From assembly GCA_038861545.1 (NCBI GenBank), contig JAWCCZ010000001.1, positions 224,001 through 288,000 of the forward strand: a DNA stretch of 64,000 nucleotides. The letters are read 5' to 3'. The stretch comes from Thermofilaceae archaeon (GTDB taxonomy: Archaea > Thermoproteota > Thermoprotei > Thermofilales > Thermofilaceae). Position 1 is the stretch's first letter. The number at the start of each line of letters is the position of its first letter. A model generated the notes under the pieces. That model was given only the letters and a program-made list of their open reading frames with translations, did no database searches and had not been told where the DNA came from. Below are positions 9,559-19,900 of this stretch, one piece after another. Made by a program: the position numbers and the translations under genes.

Positions 9559-10986
9559 TTACTTTCCGCTAGACCCTTTACCCGGCGGCTCTTTTGTTTT
9601 ACCTCTTTTAGCCTCCGCTGATTTTTGCAGATTTTCTCTGATTCTTTCAATTTCTCTCTGTATATTCTGCAATTTTTTTAATTCATTTTGAATTCTTTCC
9701 CTTTCTCTCTCAAGCTCCTTTCCAGATATTTTAATTCTCTCCCTCTCTCTAGCTAAGTATTGTTTGTCGATCGTTTTACTTATTTTATCAATTAAATTTG
9801 TTAATTTTATCAGACTCTCATTGGATATTAGTTCAATTCTCTCTAGCGTTCTGTTAATTTTTTCGACTAATTTCTCCGTAAGCTTTCCTCTCCTTAATGC
9901 TTCACCAACTTCAGTCTCATTAATATCTAGGTCCGAGTTCCGCAGCTCTTTCACTAAGCGTTCACGGCCTAGTTTAGCAAGCTGGGCTGTCGTATGACCT
10001 AAAATAGAGCGCACTTGAGCCAAATAGTGAGCCGCTGCGCTTATGTTACAGGATGCAGCCCGAGCGCGTCCTTCCTCGACTAATCCCCTGCCTTTAATTA
10101 AAGCATCTGCTATTGCGGTCAAGTTGTAACCTTTTCCAGTTAGATTAGCTACTATGCTTTCGAGCTCCGCTAACCTGCGTTCAGCTTCATCGAAGGCCAT
10201 CTTGACAGGGTAAAACTCAGGCGTCCACTTACATGTTAAGTTTCTAGGCACATATGTTTCATTACTTTCTACAGGTGGGTGCTCCGCCAGCACTGCCCTA
10301 CATGCAGCAAAGGAGGCATCTAGCCGATCTCTAAGTTCTTCTTGAAGCTCGATTACTTTACCGTATTTTTGAAGAGCTAGCACGGCATAACTTTTTGCAG
10401 TGCTGTAGTTGCCACCTTCAAGAGCGGCCAGCGCCTGACTCAAATAAGAGTCCCCAGTAAGCGTTAAATTCAAAGCAAGGTTGAACGCCTCACTTAAATT
10501 AGCATATGTTGTGAGATTGTAATTTGCCAAAACCTGATTTCGGCAGTAGACCATTTCCTTAAGTCTAGCAGCAGCCTCTACTAGTTTATCTGCCCCTTTA
10601 ATTTTCTGCAGCCTGGGCGCTGTAATTTCTGGCTCCTGAGAGAGAGGGGCTTCAACAGTAAAAGTAACTGTGGCACGCTCACCCCCGTCTAATACAGTAA
10701 TTATATAGGTGCCGCTAGGTGCCTCGGCTGGTAGCTCAAAGGTTAACGTAGATATACCATTCTCATTTGTAGTTACGTTCTCGGAAAATATAATCGAATC
10801 ATTAGGGCTAAAGACCCGAACATCGTACGTGGTGTTAGCTTCCCCCTCAATCGTTATAATTATAATATCTCCTGGTTTATAAACCGGGCTATCGGTGCTT
10901 ACATTAACCCGCAGCGCAAGAGCAATTGCAACTAATGCTACACCCAAAACTCCATGTGCTAATAGGTTTTTTACCCTCATATTCAT
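9559..10986 (-). CDS. Secreted protein: Ig-like (MG2-like) domain plus helical/coiled-coil region
   Basis: Signal peptide, TDSPVYKPGD...GTY Ig-like pattern, many N-x-S/T sequons and a charged C-terminal coiled coil. Confidence 0.6.
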   Translation of the reverse strand: MNMRVKNLLAHGVLGVALVAIALALRVNVSTDSPVYKPGDIIIITIEGEANTTYDVRVFSPNDSIIFSENVTTNENGISTLTFELPAEAPSGTYIITVLDGGERATVTFTVEAPLSQEPEITAPRLQKIKGADKLVEAAARLKEMVYCRNQVLANYNLTTYANLSEAFNLALNLTLTGDSYLSQALAALEGGNYSTAKSYAVLALQKYGKVIELQEELRDRLDASFAACRAVLAEHPPVESNETYVPRNLTCKWTPEFYPVKMAFDEAERRLAELESIVANLTGKGYNLTAIADALIKGRGLVEEGRARAASCNISAAAHYLAQVRSILGHTTAQLAKLGRERLVKELRNSDLDINETEVGEALRRGKLTEKLVEKINRTLERIELISNESLIKLTNLIDKISKTIDKQYLARERERIKISGKELERERERIQNELKKLQNIQREIERIRENLQKSAEAKRGKTKEPPGKGSSGK

Positions 10987-11101
10987 CTCAACTACTTGAG
11001 CAACAGACTAGTTTAAGGAATACCTTGAAAACCCTAGCGGAAAACGATGGAAGGTACTTTTCAGATCCCTAATGTTTTAAAATCAGCTTGAATGAACTCT
11101 T

Positions 11102-11848
11102 GTGGTTAACTGCAGCTACTGTAAGCATCCAATAGATGGGCTTCCGTATAAGTGCAAGTACTGTGGTGGGATATACTGTGTGGAACATCACTTACCGGAG
11201 AATCACGACTGCGAAGGCTTACAAATGGCTAAGAGCCCGGACCGAATCGAGAAAGAGAGCGTTGACCTAACCCAGTATCCTTGGGCTTCTACGATTAAAG
11301 CTGCCCCGGGAGCGATGTTCCGCTCTAGGGAGCTTCTAAGCTTAATTATAGCCACACTTGTCGTAGCTTTAGCCTTCAGTTTTCCATATACGTTTCAAGG
11401 AACAGTAACAGCCTTGCTAATTGCCTCGCTGGTATACATGCCACACGAGTTAGCTCATAAGTTCACGGCACATTTTTCCGGTTTCCATGCCACATTCAAG
11501 CTACATTGGCCGGGTTTAGTAATTACTTTGCTGTCAGCGTTGCCCTATATGCCGTTCAGGCTGGTGTTCCCAGGGTATGTCGCCGTGGAAGGCATCGGTA
11601 GCAATGCTAAAACAGAGGGTAAAATCGCGGCTGCTGGACCGTTGACTAACTTGGCCCTATGTTTTCCGCTAGCTTTATTACCATCATTTTATAGCCGAGA
11701 GTTGCTCTTCGCCTCCGCGTTGGTATCAACTTTAAACCTCCTACCTTTACACCCACTAGATGGGTCAAAAATTATCAAATGGAACATAGGCCTGTGGGCC
11801 CTATTGATAATCATTAGTATAATACTGATTTTGATTATAACATTTTAA
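11102..11848 (+). CDS. AN1 zinc finger fused to an M50 (site-2) intramembrane metalloprotease
   Basis: CKYCGGIYCVEHHLPENHDC, plus HELAH, AAAGP and NLLPLHPLDG motifs. Confidence 0.88.
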   Translation: MVNCSYCKHPIDGLPYKCKYCGGIYCVEHHLPENHDCEGLQMAKSPDRIEKESVDLTQYPWASTIKAAPGAMFRSRELLSLIIATLVVALAFSFPYTFQGTVTALLIASLVYMPHELAHKFTAHFSGFHATFKLHWPGLVITLLSALPYMPFRLVFPGYVAVEGIGSNAKTEGKIAAAGPLTNLALCFPLALLPSFYSRELLFASALVSTLNLLPLHPLDGSKIIKWNIGLWALLIIISIILILIITF

Positions 11849-12097
11849 AAATGAAATACTACGAATAATTAAATAAAGTAAATAAATTATTTAGACTTTT
11901 TCAAGATCATGTGTCCACACTTAAACCTATCAGAGTTAAACATGAAACAGCTAATTGAGTCATGCATTTAAAGGTAATCAACCTTTTTTTACATCTCCAA
12001 TAGTATATGTTGTCCATGAATACAATTTTAAACTCTCGGTTAAATGTATCATTCTCTTCGAGTACTACCTTTAAATTCCCACGTTGATTTATATAGC

Positions 12098-12688
12098 ATG
12101 CCTGCAAAAGCCAAAAGACAAAGACCCGAGATAAGTTTCTTGCTTGGAGTGTTTCTCGGAGCAATTCTGATGTACTTTATCTTTACCGAACTTTATGTTC
12201 AGCGACCACTCTCCGGGTTTACGTTGGTGCTTTTGCCCAACGAAGAATATTTTTATCATGTTTATGAGCTAATGAACCGCGCCAACTCAAGTATTCATAT
12301 CATCATGTATGTAGCTAGATATGACCCAGAAGAGACGGTAGCGGAGGATCCAGCTAATGCACTAATAACTGCCTTGAAAACAGCCCGCGATAAGGGTTTA
12401 GATGTTAAGGTAATAGTCGACGATGTAACTAAAATCGACTACCCCGAGACAATTGCGTACTTAAAGGCCCAGGGAATACCGGTTAAGCTAGATCCGAAAC
12501 CTGGTATTACCACACATGCGAAACTAGTGATCATTGACGGTAGGATCGTTATAATAGGAAGCCACAACTGGACTGAATCGGCTCTCTCAAGAAATAATGA
12601 ATACTCAGTGCTGATACATTCCAACGATATTGCCCTGGAGGTTGAAAGATACTTCCAAAACCTATGGGAGAATGGACGGCCTCTCTAG
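12098..12688 (+). CDS. Membrane-anchored phospholipase D-family (Nuc-like, single HKD) protein
   Basis: HAKLVIID...GSHNW...NNE motif. N-terminal TM helix; ATG at 12098 preferred over 12044. Confidence 0.85.
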   Translation: MPAKAKRQRPEISFLLGVFLGAILMYFIFTELYVQRPLSGFTLVLLPNEEYFYHVYELMNRANSSIHIIMYVARYDPEETVAEDPANALITALKTARDKGLDVKVIVDDVTKIDYPETIAYLKAQGIPVKLDPKPGITTHAKLVIIDGRIVIIGSHNWTESALSRNNEYSVLIHSNDIALEVERYFQNLWENGRPL

Positions 12689-12858
12689 TCAACGCTAAAT
12701 TCATAGCCACATTTAGGGCATTTAACGTAGTCGCAACTTAAGCTGGCTAAAGAGCAACCCGAGCATGCAAACGCTCTAGAGTATGTTACACTGAACATGT
12801 AGCCACATTTAGGGCATTTCACTAGGTCTTTTCGGCCCTTTAGTCTCAGAGATGACAC
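12685..12858 (-). CDS. 57-aa Cys-rich double zinc-ribbon protein (absent from the ORF track)
   Basis: Hand translation from GTG: MSSLRLKGRKDLVKCPKCGYMFSVTYSRAFACSGCSLASLSCDYVKCPKCGYEFSVD*. Confidence 0.75.
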   Translation of the reverse strand: MSSLRLKGRKDLVKCPKCGYMFSVTYSRAFACSGCSLASLSCDYVKCPKCGYEFSVD

Positions 12859-13004
12859 GATCTAGGAAATGATTTCAACGTAAAAATGTTACTCTAAGTG
12901 AGTCAATGCATTTTTAACGGTTACGCTTCTCAGGGATCGCTTTTCTCTTCAAGAAACTCAGGCTTCTCCTCGAGAAAGCTATTGCTCGTAGAAAACACAT
13001 TAAA

Positions 13005-14120
13005 CTATCGTTTAGCTGGATAATCCTCTACAGCTTTTTTAATTAGCTCCCCTATCCTCTTGTCAACTTCTTTTTTTCCTAAGCCCAACTTAACTAACCG
13101 GCCCTCCTCTACTACTAGGTCCCCGTTGATAATCACGAATCGGGGCGAAACACACCCCTCAAGTACCTTCTCTAGGGGCTCGTCAAAGATCAAGACATCC
13201 CCTTCCCAATCGATTCCGAACAATTCGTAACCACCAAGGGTTGCCTTACCAAGCAAGTAACGCGCCCATTTTTTCCCATGCACTTTAATCGCCGTCGTAT
13301 ACGCTGCAGCAGCGCTTCCCAGAAGTAAAGGCCAATCGCTGCCGATTGCATCAACTTCCTTAGGATGCTTTATCGTTTTACCGTAAAGCCGTAGATTGGA
13401 GAGTGGGCAATGAACTACTCGGATCCCATAGCGTTTATAGCCTGATCCCGAGATGCAATGTACCCCGATTATTCCACTGTCCTCTCCTTCTCTCAAGTTA
13501 AGTAATGAGGCTAGAGTAGGTAGCTCATCGACCCCCTCACTTAAATGTATGCTGAACGGTACTTTAAGCTTCTTAGCCGCCGAATAGGCGACCTTGAGTG
13601 ATTCGGGTGTAACGCAGCCTATAGAGTGAATAAAGAACCCGAGTGGTATAGCTCCGTCGAGCGCCGACACCGATAAAAGCAGGTTAGTCGCACGCCACGC
13701 GTCAGGCCACCCAGCTTGAAGGTCCATAATCGTCGGCATAATTACTATCCTAGGTTTAACTGAAAGTTTCCTGTAAGCTAACACGTTAGCGTCACCCCTT
13801 CCCACTAAAACCATTAACGTTACTCCCTCAAGCAAACTCCTAAGCATAGATGCTGCGGCAAGTTTCGAGGAAAAGTCCAAGTCACCTCTTAATGCGGCTT
13901 CATCGACTTTCAGTTTTCTATTCTTAATCCACTCGTATGCGTTGCTCCACGTCCCCTCTCCTGCGTCAATGACCTGAGGGTGTGCGTGGGCATCCGAGAA
14001 TCCAGGCGTTACCACAGTTTCTCCGTAGAGGGATCCCTCGCCTGGAAGCATCATACGGGCCGATTCAACAACGCCGCGAGGCGTAACCAGCGTTCTAGCT
14101 TCGATTTCCATTAAAGCCAT
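13005..14120 (-). CDS. Amidohydrolase superfamily (nucleoside/base deaminase-like)
   Basis: PGFSDAHAH, HLSEG, HCPLSN and IGSD motifs. Overlaps the guaB stop. Confidence 0.75.
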   Translation of the reverse strand: MALMEIEARTLVTPRGVVESARMMLPGEGSLYGETVVTPGFSDAHAHPQVIDAGEGTWSNAYEWIKNRKLKVDEAALRGDLDFSSKLAAASMLRSLLEGVTLMVLVGRGDANVLAYRKLSVKPRIVIMPTIMDLQAGWPDAWRATNLLLSVSALDGAIPLGFFIHSIGCVTPESLKVAYSAAKKLKVPFSIHLSEGVDELPTLASLLNLREGEDSGIIGVHCISGSGYKRYGIRVVHCPLSNLRLYGKTIKHPKEVDAIGSDWPLLLGSAAAAYTTAIKVHGKKWARYLLGKATLGGYELFGIDWEGDVLIFDEPLEKVLEGCVSPRFVIINGDLVVEEGRLVKLGLGKKEVDKRIGELIKKAVEDYPAKR

Positions 14121-15160
14121 CTAGTAACCACCATACCCCGCGGCGAGCTTTCCTGTAACCCCATACTGGTAATTTTGACAAAAACAGCTTTCTCCCTGAG
14201 CTCATTTAAGTTTTTGGCACCAATGTATCCCATGCCCTGCTTAAGCGCATTAACGAGTACTTCTACAACATTAGCTACTGATCCTCGGTATTCAACGTAA
14301 CCTTCAACTCCCTCGGGGACGCGCTTAAAGGTCCCGTAGCGGCTCGACCCTGCTGCTAAAGCTCCCTTGCTCCCCATTCCCCTGTAAGGTTTATACTTCT
14401 TACCGTCAATCTCGATAATTTCTCCCGGAGTTTCATCAGTTCCCGCTAGCAGGTAGCCCAGCATAACCGCGTCCGCGCCAGCCGCGAGCGCTTTTACCAC
14501 GTGAGCGGGTTTTTCGATTCCACCATCAGCTACTACCCCTACGCCTGTTTCTCGCGCAACGTCAGCAACCCATGAAATAGCCGTCAATTGGGGTACGCCT
14601 ACTCCGGCAACTTCTCTAGTCGTGCAGGCGTGTCCGCTACCCAGGCCGACCCTTAGTACGTCAGCACCTGCATCTATAAGCGCATAGGCCCCTTCTCGAG
14701 TTACAACGTTGCCGGCCATGACTTCTACGCCGTACTCTTTGAACTTTTTCGTTGCCTCGATAACGTTCCTGCTATGCCCGTGTGCGGAATCCACAACTAT
14801 GAGCTCAGCACCAGCTTCGATGCAGGCCTTTACTCTATCTTCGTCGAAAGGGCCTACGGCGATTGAAATTGGAAGTTTTTCCTCTCTAGCTTTCTTTATC
14901 ACCGAGAGTGTTTGAGTCAACTCCATGTTTCGCGGAAGGACGCCGAGGCCACCTAGTTCGGCCAGACGAAGCGCCATTGCTTCACCTGTAACAGTGTCCA
15001 TCGGGGAGCTAATAATCGGTATATTCAGAATTAGCCTTCTGGTTAGTCGCGTTGAAACTTCTATTTCATCAATTTTTACATCAGAGTATTGAGGAATAAG
15101 GAGTACGTCATCTAAACTTAAGCCCCAGGGCGCTTTTTCCAACCTGCTCCAGAATTCCAT
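14111..15160 (-). CDS. guaB: IMP dehydrogenase lacking the CBS subdomain
   Basis: DDVLLIP, SSPMDTVT, DSAHGHS, catalytic CTTR, YRGMGS, the RY flap dyad and PEGVEG. Confidence 0.9.
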   Translation of the reverse strand: MEFWSRLEKAPWGLSLDDVLLIPQYSDVKIDEIEVSTRLTRRLILNIPIISSPMDTVTGEAMALRLAELGGLGVLPRNMELTQTLSVIKKAREEKLPISIAVGPFDEDRVKACIEAGAELIVVDSAHGHSRNVIEATKKFKEYGVEVMAGNVVTREGAYALIDAGADVLRVGLGSGHACTTREVAGVGVPQLTAISWVADVARETGVGVVADGGIEKPAHVVKALAAGADAVMLGYLLAGTDETPGEIIEIDGKKYKPYRGMGSKGALAAGSSRYGTFKRVPEGVEGYVEYRGSVANVVEVLVNALKQGMGYIGAKNLNELREKAVFVKITSMGLQESSPRGMVVTRWL

Positions 15161-15234
15161 TGCTAAGGGCTTTAACGCTTACGTGATAAACTACTTCTCA
15201 GTACACTATATATTACAGTCCTAATCTATATACT

Positions 15235-16203
15235 ATGATGGAATCCAGAACTACTCAAGTTCGAAACGTCCAGAAGGTCGGTTACTCGACGTTTACGGTT
15301 TCTTTACCAAAGGGGTGGGCACAGCGCCAAGGGGTTAAGAAAGGTTCCAAAGTAGTGGTCCGCGAGCTCCCAGATGGATCTTTAGTGCTGAGCATAGCAG
15401 AAAGAGAACAAGATCTGCCGCGCAGGTTCTCGGCCAACTTAGAGCTTTCTGAAGAGGAGGGGGAAGTCGAGCTTGAGAGGGGAATTATAGCCCTGTACCA
15501 AGCAGGATTCGATACGATAAGGGTTCAAGCACCGTCCAGCTCCCTTGAAGTTCTGAGGAAAGTTAGGAACCGACTAAGTGGTATTGAGGTAGTCGAAGAG
15601 AGAGAGAAGTTTGCTGTTTTAGAAGTTGTTTTAGATTACCTAGAGTTAGGCTTTAACCGGATACTTGGCAGAATGGTCGCGTTACTGCAATCTTCGCTTG
15701 AGAATATTCAGAAGTATTCAACCGAAAATAACGTCCACGCACTTCAAAAGGTGGTTGAGCGAGACGATGAAATCGATAAATTTTACTTCCTGCTTGCTCG
15801 CCAAGCGTCGCTTTGTTTCCGCAGACCAGAGATCCTCAGCAAACTCGGGCTTAGCTCACAAGGAGAAGTGCTCCCCCTTCTCTACTACGGAAAAACGCTT
15901 GAAAGGTTAGGCGACACGTTAACTCAGCTAGCGATGTACGCCTTAGATCGCAGAGCTCCTATACCCGAGAACATAGTTATTTTGCTTCAGAAAGCCCTTG
16001 AAAAAGCCGTACTCTCTTTCGACGCGAAAAGCGCTACCGCTATGAAGGAATTAACTCGAATGCACTACGAGTTTTACGCGTCGCAGAAACCCGGTGATCT
16101 ACTAAGTAACCCTATCCTATACTTGACCGGCAACTTCCTTAGCCTATGCGTAGATGTTATAGAGGCTCGGATCGAATATGATGCGGTCAAGCCTGGCCAA
16201 TAA
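15235..16203 (+). CDS. AbrB-PhoU phosphate uptake regulator family
   Basis: RNVQKVGYSTFTVSLPKGW AbrB N-terminus; DDEIDKFY and LERLGD PhoU motifs. Confidence 0.85.
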   Translation: MMESRTTQVRNVQKVGYSTFTVSLPKGWAQRQGVKKGSKVVVRELPDGSLVLSIAEREQDLPRRFSANLELSEEEGEVELERGIIALYQAGFDTIRVQAPSSSLEVLRKVRNRLSGIEVVEEREKFAVLEVVLDYLELGFNRILGRMVALLQSSLENIQKYSTENNVHALQKVVERDDEIDKFYFLLARQASLCFRRPEILSKLGLSSQGEVLPLLYYGKTLERLGDTLTQLAMYALDRRAPIPENIVILLQKALEKAVLSFDAKSATAMKELTRMHYEFYASQKPGDLLSNPILYLTGNFLSLCVDVIEARIEYDAVKPGQ

Positions 16204-16250
16204 CAACAGCTATTAAGGGCGATCGGAATAGAGCATAACGGGTTGGTTTC

Positions 16251-16946
16251 ATGTCGTGGCAGGATGCAGCTAAAAAGGCTCTTTTGAACGCGGGCGCTCG
16301 AGTCGAAGATGGACAGAAAGGTTTACTAATTAGGAGCGAGGAAGAAAGAGGCGCTACTTTCACCCTTCTCGTGAGGAGGCTCCAAATGAGCCTAGATCGC
16401 AAAGTAGAGCTAGTTGGTACCATTGAAGTATCCCCTTATGGTAATGCTGATGTTTTGAGGGAAATGCTAGCGTCATCCTTCGAGGTAACGATGAAGGGAT
16501 TTATTCGGAAGAGCTTCGCTTGGAAGCATTGGGATGGGCTTCATTCTCTCGAAAGAGTTTTCGCTCCGATAGTATTTAACAAAAAATTACTCGACATGGT
16601 TAAATCAGATAACAGTGTAGTGACCATGTTACGTGAAGCTTCTCCGGACCTCCTTGAGGTTTTCCCAGAGATAATGTCTTCAAGCTTTATGGAGGCATAT
16701 CTAGTCACACCGGCTCCGTTTGAGGGTTCCCTCATTAAGGAGCTTATTAGCAAATACCTCAAAGAGCCGGAGAGATTAGCCTGGTGTATTAGATTACAGT
16801 TCTTATATGGATCTCCTAGGATGCCAGTAAAAATACAGAAGAATTACCAACTAGCGCTGCAATTGGGTAAAAGCTTGAAAAAATTTACTGAACAGCTTTG
16901 CTTATATATTTCTTCCTCTCATCAGAGGGGAGCGAACTCCACATGA
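16251..16946 (+). CDS. Hypothetical protein
   Basis: 231-aa ORF with normal composition and no recognised motif. Its 3' end overlaps the convergent permease gene. Confidence 0.6.
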   Translation: MSWQDAAKKALLNAGARVEDGQKGLLIRSEEERGATFTLLVRRLQMSLDRKVELVGTIEVSPYGNADVLREMLASSFEVTMKGFIRKSFAWKHWDGLHSLERVFAPIVFNKKLLDMVKSDNSVVTMLREASPDLLEVFPEIMSSSFMEAYLVTPAPFEGSLIKELISKYLKEPERLAWCIRLQFLYGSPRMPVKIQKNYQLALQLGKSLKKFTEQLCLYISSSHQRGANST

Positions 16947-19900
16947 GAAGCTGCTTCCTCATGTCGTCTATGAACTTGTAGTTGCTGCTGACCCAGAGGG
17001 ACTCAGATCCAGATAATCTTGTCAGGCTGACTAGGAATACATACCTTTTAACGCTTTTATCAAGTAACGATGTTAACTCGACAGATTGTTGAACACCGGC
17101 TTCTACTGGTGAAAGCGCTACTTTTATTGAAAGCTTCTTAGAGGCATAATCTGGTACTTCAAGTTCCCTAACTACGTGTACACCCTCCTTAGCCGCACCG
17201 GCACCGCTATAGTACTCGTAAAGGTAAGCAAGCATCCCTTTAGCCTCCGCCTCACTAGGCACGCTCACTGGAAGCGGTATTTCCCACCTATTCCCTCTGG
17301 GTTTAGTCGGCGGTTTCCACTTTCTTTCGAGGGAAGGCGTAATTATTCTGGCGGCAAGTGTTGATGGATAAAGCACCGCGGCTAGAGACGCCCCTATTAT
17401 GGCTAGCGTACCTACGATCGTAAAAGCAGAGGCGAAGTTGAAGATATGCTCAAGAGGTAAAGCTCCCGCTAAGATCATCAGCTGTGTCATACCATATCCT
17501 AAGAGGTAGCCGAGAACTATTCCTACAGTCACATATACTAACACTTCTGCTATGAAGAATACAGTGATTCCGAGGGGGGAGAGACCTACTGCGCTCAAAA
17601 CGAAAACTTCCCTAGTTCTTTCTTTGAGATTACCCAGCACCATAACGGCAACATTTAACGCACCGATCACTAACACAGCGACAACCATCTCCCATCCGCC
17701 GACGGATAAACTAGTAAATGTAGACGAAACATAAGCTGAACCAGTATGCGAGAAGTACAAGGGTATGTCTATAGCAAACGCCAGCCCACGGACTGTGGTT
17801 AATAGGGAGTCGGAAGTTACAACCCCCTTCCTAGGAATGAGAGCTATAGAAGCCACATAACCGTTGAGTTCCAAAGCTTTGCGATACGGTACTATGATTA
17901 CTCTAGAAACTCCAAGATTTGGTGGAGAAGCACCTGCCTGAAGTGAAACCGAAATGTCCGGTGCTAATTGGGAAAAGTATATCGGGTCGGTTGGGGTTGG
18001 ACTATAACCATCAGCTTCAAGCATCTTATCTATGAATTCTGGCACTTCAACTATACCGGAGACTACGAATTCCTCACCAAGTAAATATATCCTGTCGCCG
18101 ACAGATAAGCTGAGGTTCTGGGCGAGGGATTTGGACACAACTGCATAGTTTCCCTCGTCAAGGAAAATACCTGCCCCCTCAGTGGCGTTTAGATACAACA
18201 ACTTATATTCTTTCGACGTGACTCCGAGAATCGCGTTTACTGTTCCGTTATTACCTTTTTCACTTACCACTGAAAAAACAAGTCCCATGAGCATTCTATC
18301 TACTGATGGGTAAACCCATACCCGCGGCAAAACCTCATAGTTAGGCCCGGCCATTACTTTTGCGACATTCACAAGCTCGGTCGATAGAGTGTTTGGAGGT
18401 ACACCGCGCCCCTGCTTAATTAATATTTGATCGATGGAGGACTTGTATCCGTACCTTGAAACCGGTAGGGTAATCCTGGCAGGCATCAACGATGTAAACG
18501 ATGTAATCGCTATGGTCATCGCAATAATAGTTGCAAGCATAAGAACTGTCCGCATAGGTCTTTTCCTAATGTATTCGCTACCCATTGAGAACGCAGTTAC
18601 AGCGGTATCCACCCTACTAACCTCTGAGCGGTGAACACCAAGAATCTTTCTTTCGATTCTACTTCTTAAAGCTTCTCCCTCAGATCCTAGCATTACAACA
18701 GTGATCAGTAATATAATTGTTATCAGTGAACCCACAAGCCCTAAAGGTATGTTACTAAGAATAGCGAACGCTGGGTGAATCATTAGGAAAAACCACAGGA
18801 TAACAGCTGCTAATACAGTCATCGTCGCGATTCTTTTTACCCCCTCCCTATGCAATGAGATTTTTTCAAGGAAGAATGCCGCAAAGGCAATTAAGGGGAA
18901 CATGTAAAGCATTGACCGCGCTGCATCATTAACCAAGGGCATTACCTCGCTGCTATAGGCTTTGCTTGCATATGCTCTAGCTACTAATGCATGAGCATAC
19001 GCCTCATGATATAACGTTGCCGAAAACGCCTCTTTAGCTCTATCTAAATGCTCACGCGCTTTACTAAGCGTTAAGTCGGCACTAGGGCTACCCACATGTC
19101 TGTCTACGAAATGCTTGTATCTACCACTTGAAATATAATACATGTCGTTAGCTGCTCTATATGCTGTGAAAATTACCCGGATGTTTTTCCCAGGTGATCC
19201 AATAAACCCGTACCCCTCAGTGTTTTCTGAACTGGAGTTTGTGAGTAGCAAAAATGGTTGAAGAGCTGCTGCCGTTCCTGTCATGCTGGTGTATCCCACA
19301 ACAATGAAGTATGTTTCAGGCTGAGCCCAAACTAAGGCTACATTTTCCCAACCATTGCAGAAATATCCATAGCTGAGAGGTAAGCTTTTGCTAAGTAACT
19401 CATAAGGCTGGAATATTACGGAAGTTTGCCTCCACCAGCCAAAGTAGCTTGTCCTAGGATCGGGCATACTAGGGGTTAGGAGTGTTGATGGTAAATTAAC
19501 GTCGAATAACTCTATTATGACAGCAGGGGCTACAACTACAGTTAGATTTTCATACTCATGTAAAACATTTATTATTTGGGCGAAGTTTTGCATACCAAAT
19601 TGACCTAAATCCGTAGCCATGATAATTGCTCCCTGCTCGTTAAAAACCCACCCCCTTGCAATCCATCTCGAAAAAGGTACAGCTGTGCCTCCGCCGGCGA
19701 CCCTCCCTGCATGTGGTATGCCGTAAATAACAAAACGACCCTCCGCATCAGTTCTGGTTATAATTTTGTTTAACTTATAAGTCGACGTTACTAGCTGTGT
19801 TTCTACAATAGCGTTTGGAACCGGGCTATACCAGCCAGCGCTAAAGTTATATCTTACTACTCTACCATAGAATGTAGTAAACCCAGGATAACCCCTATCG

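Noticed and set aside
12704-12819. 20-bp direct repeat as a mini-CRISPR or att site
   Set aside because: Only two copies, explained by the duplicated KCPKCGY codons of a small protein.
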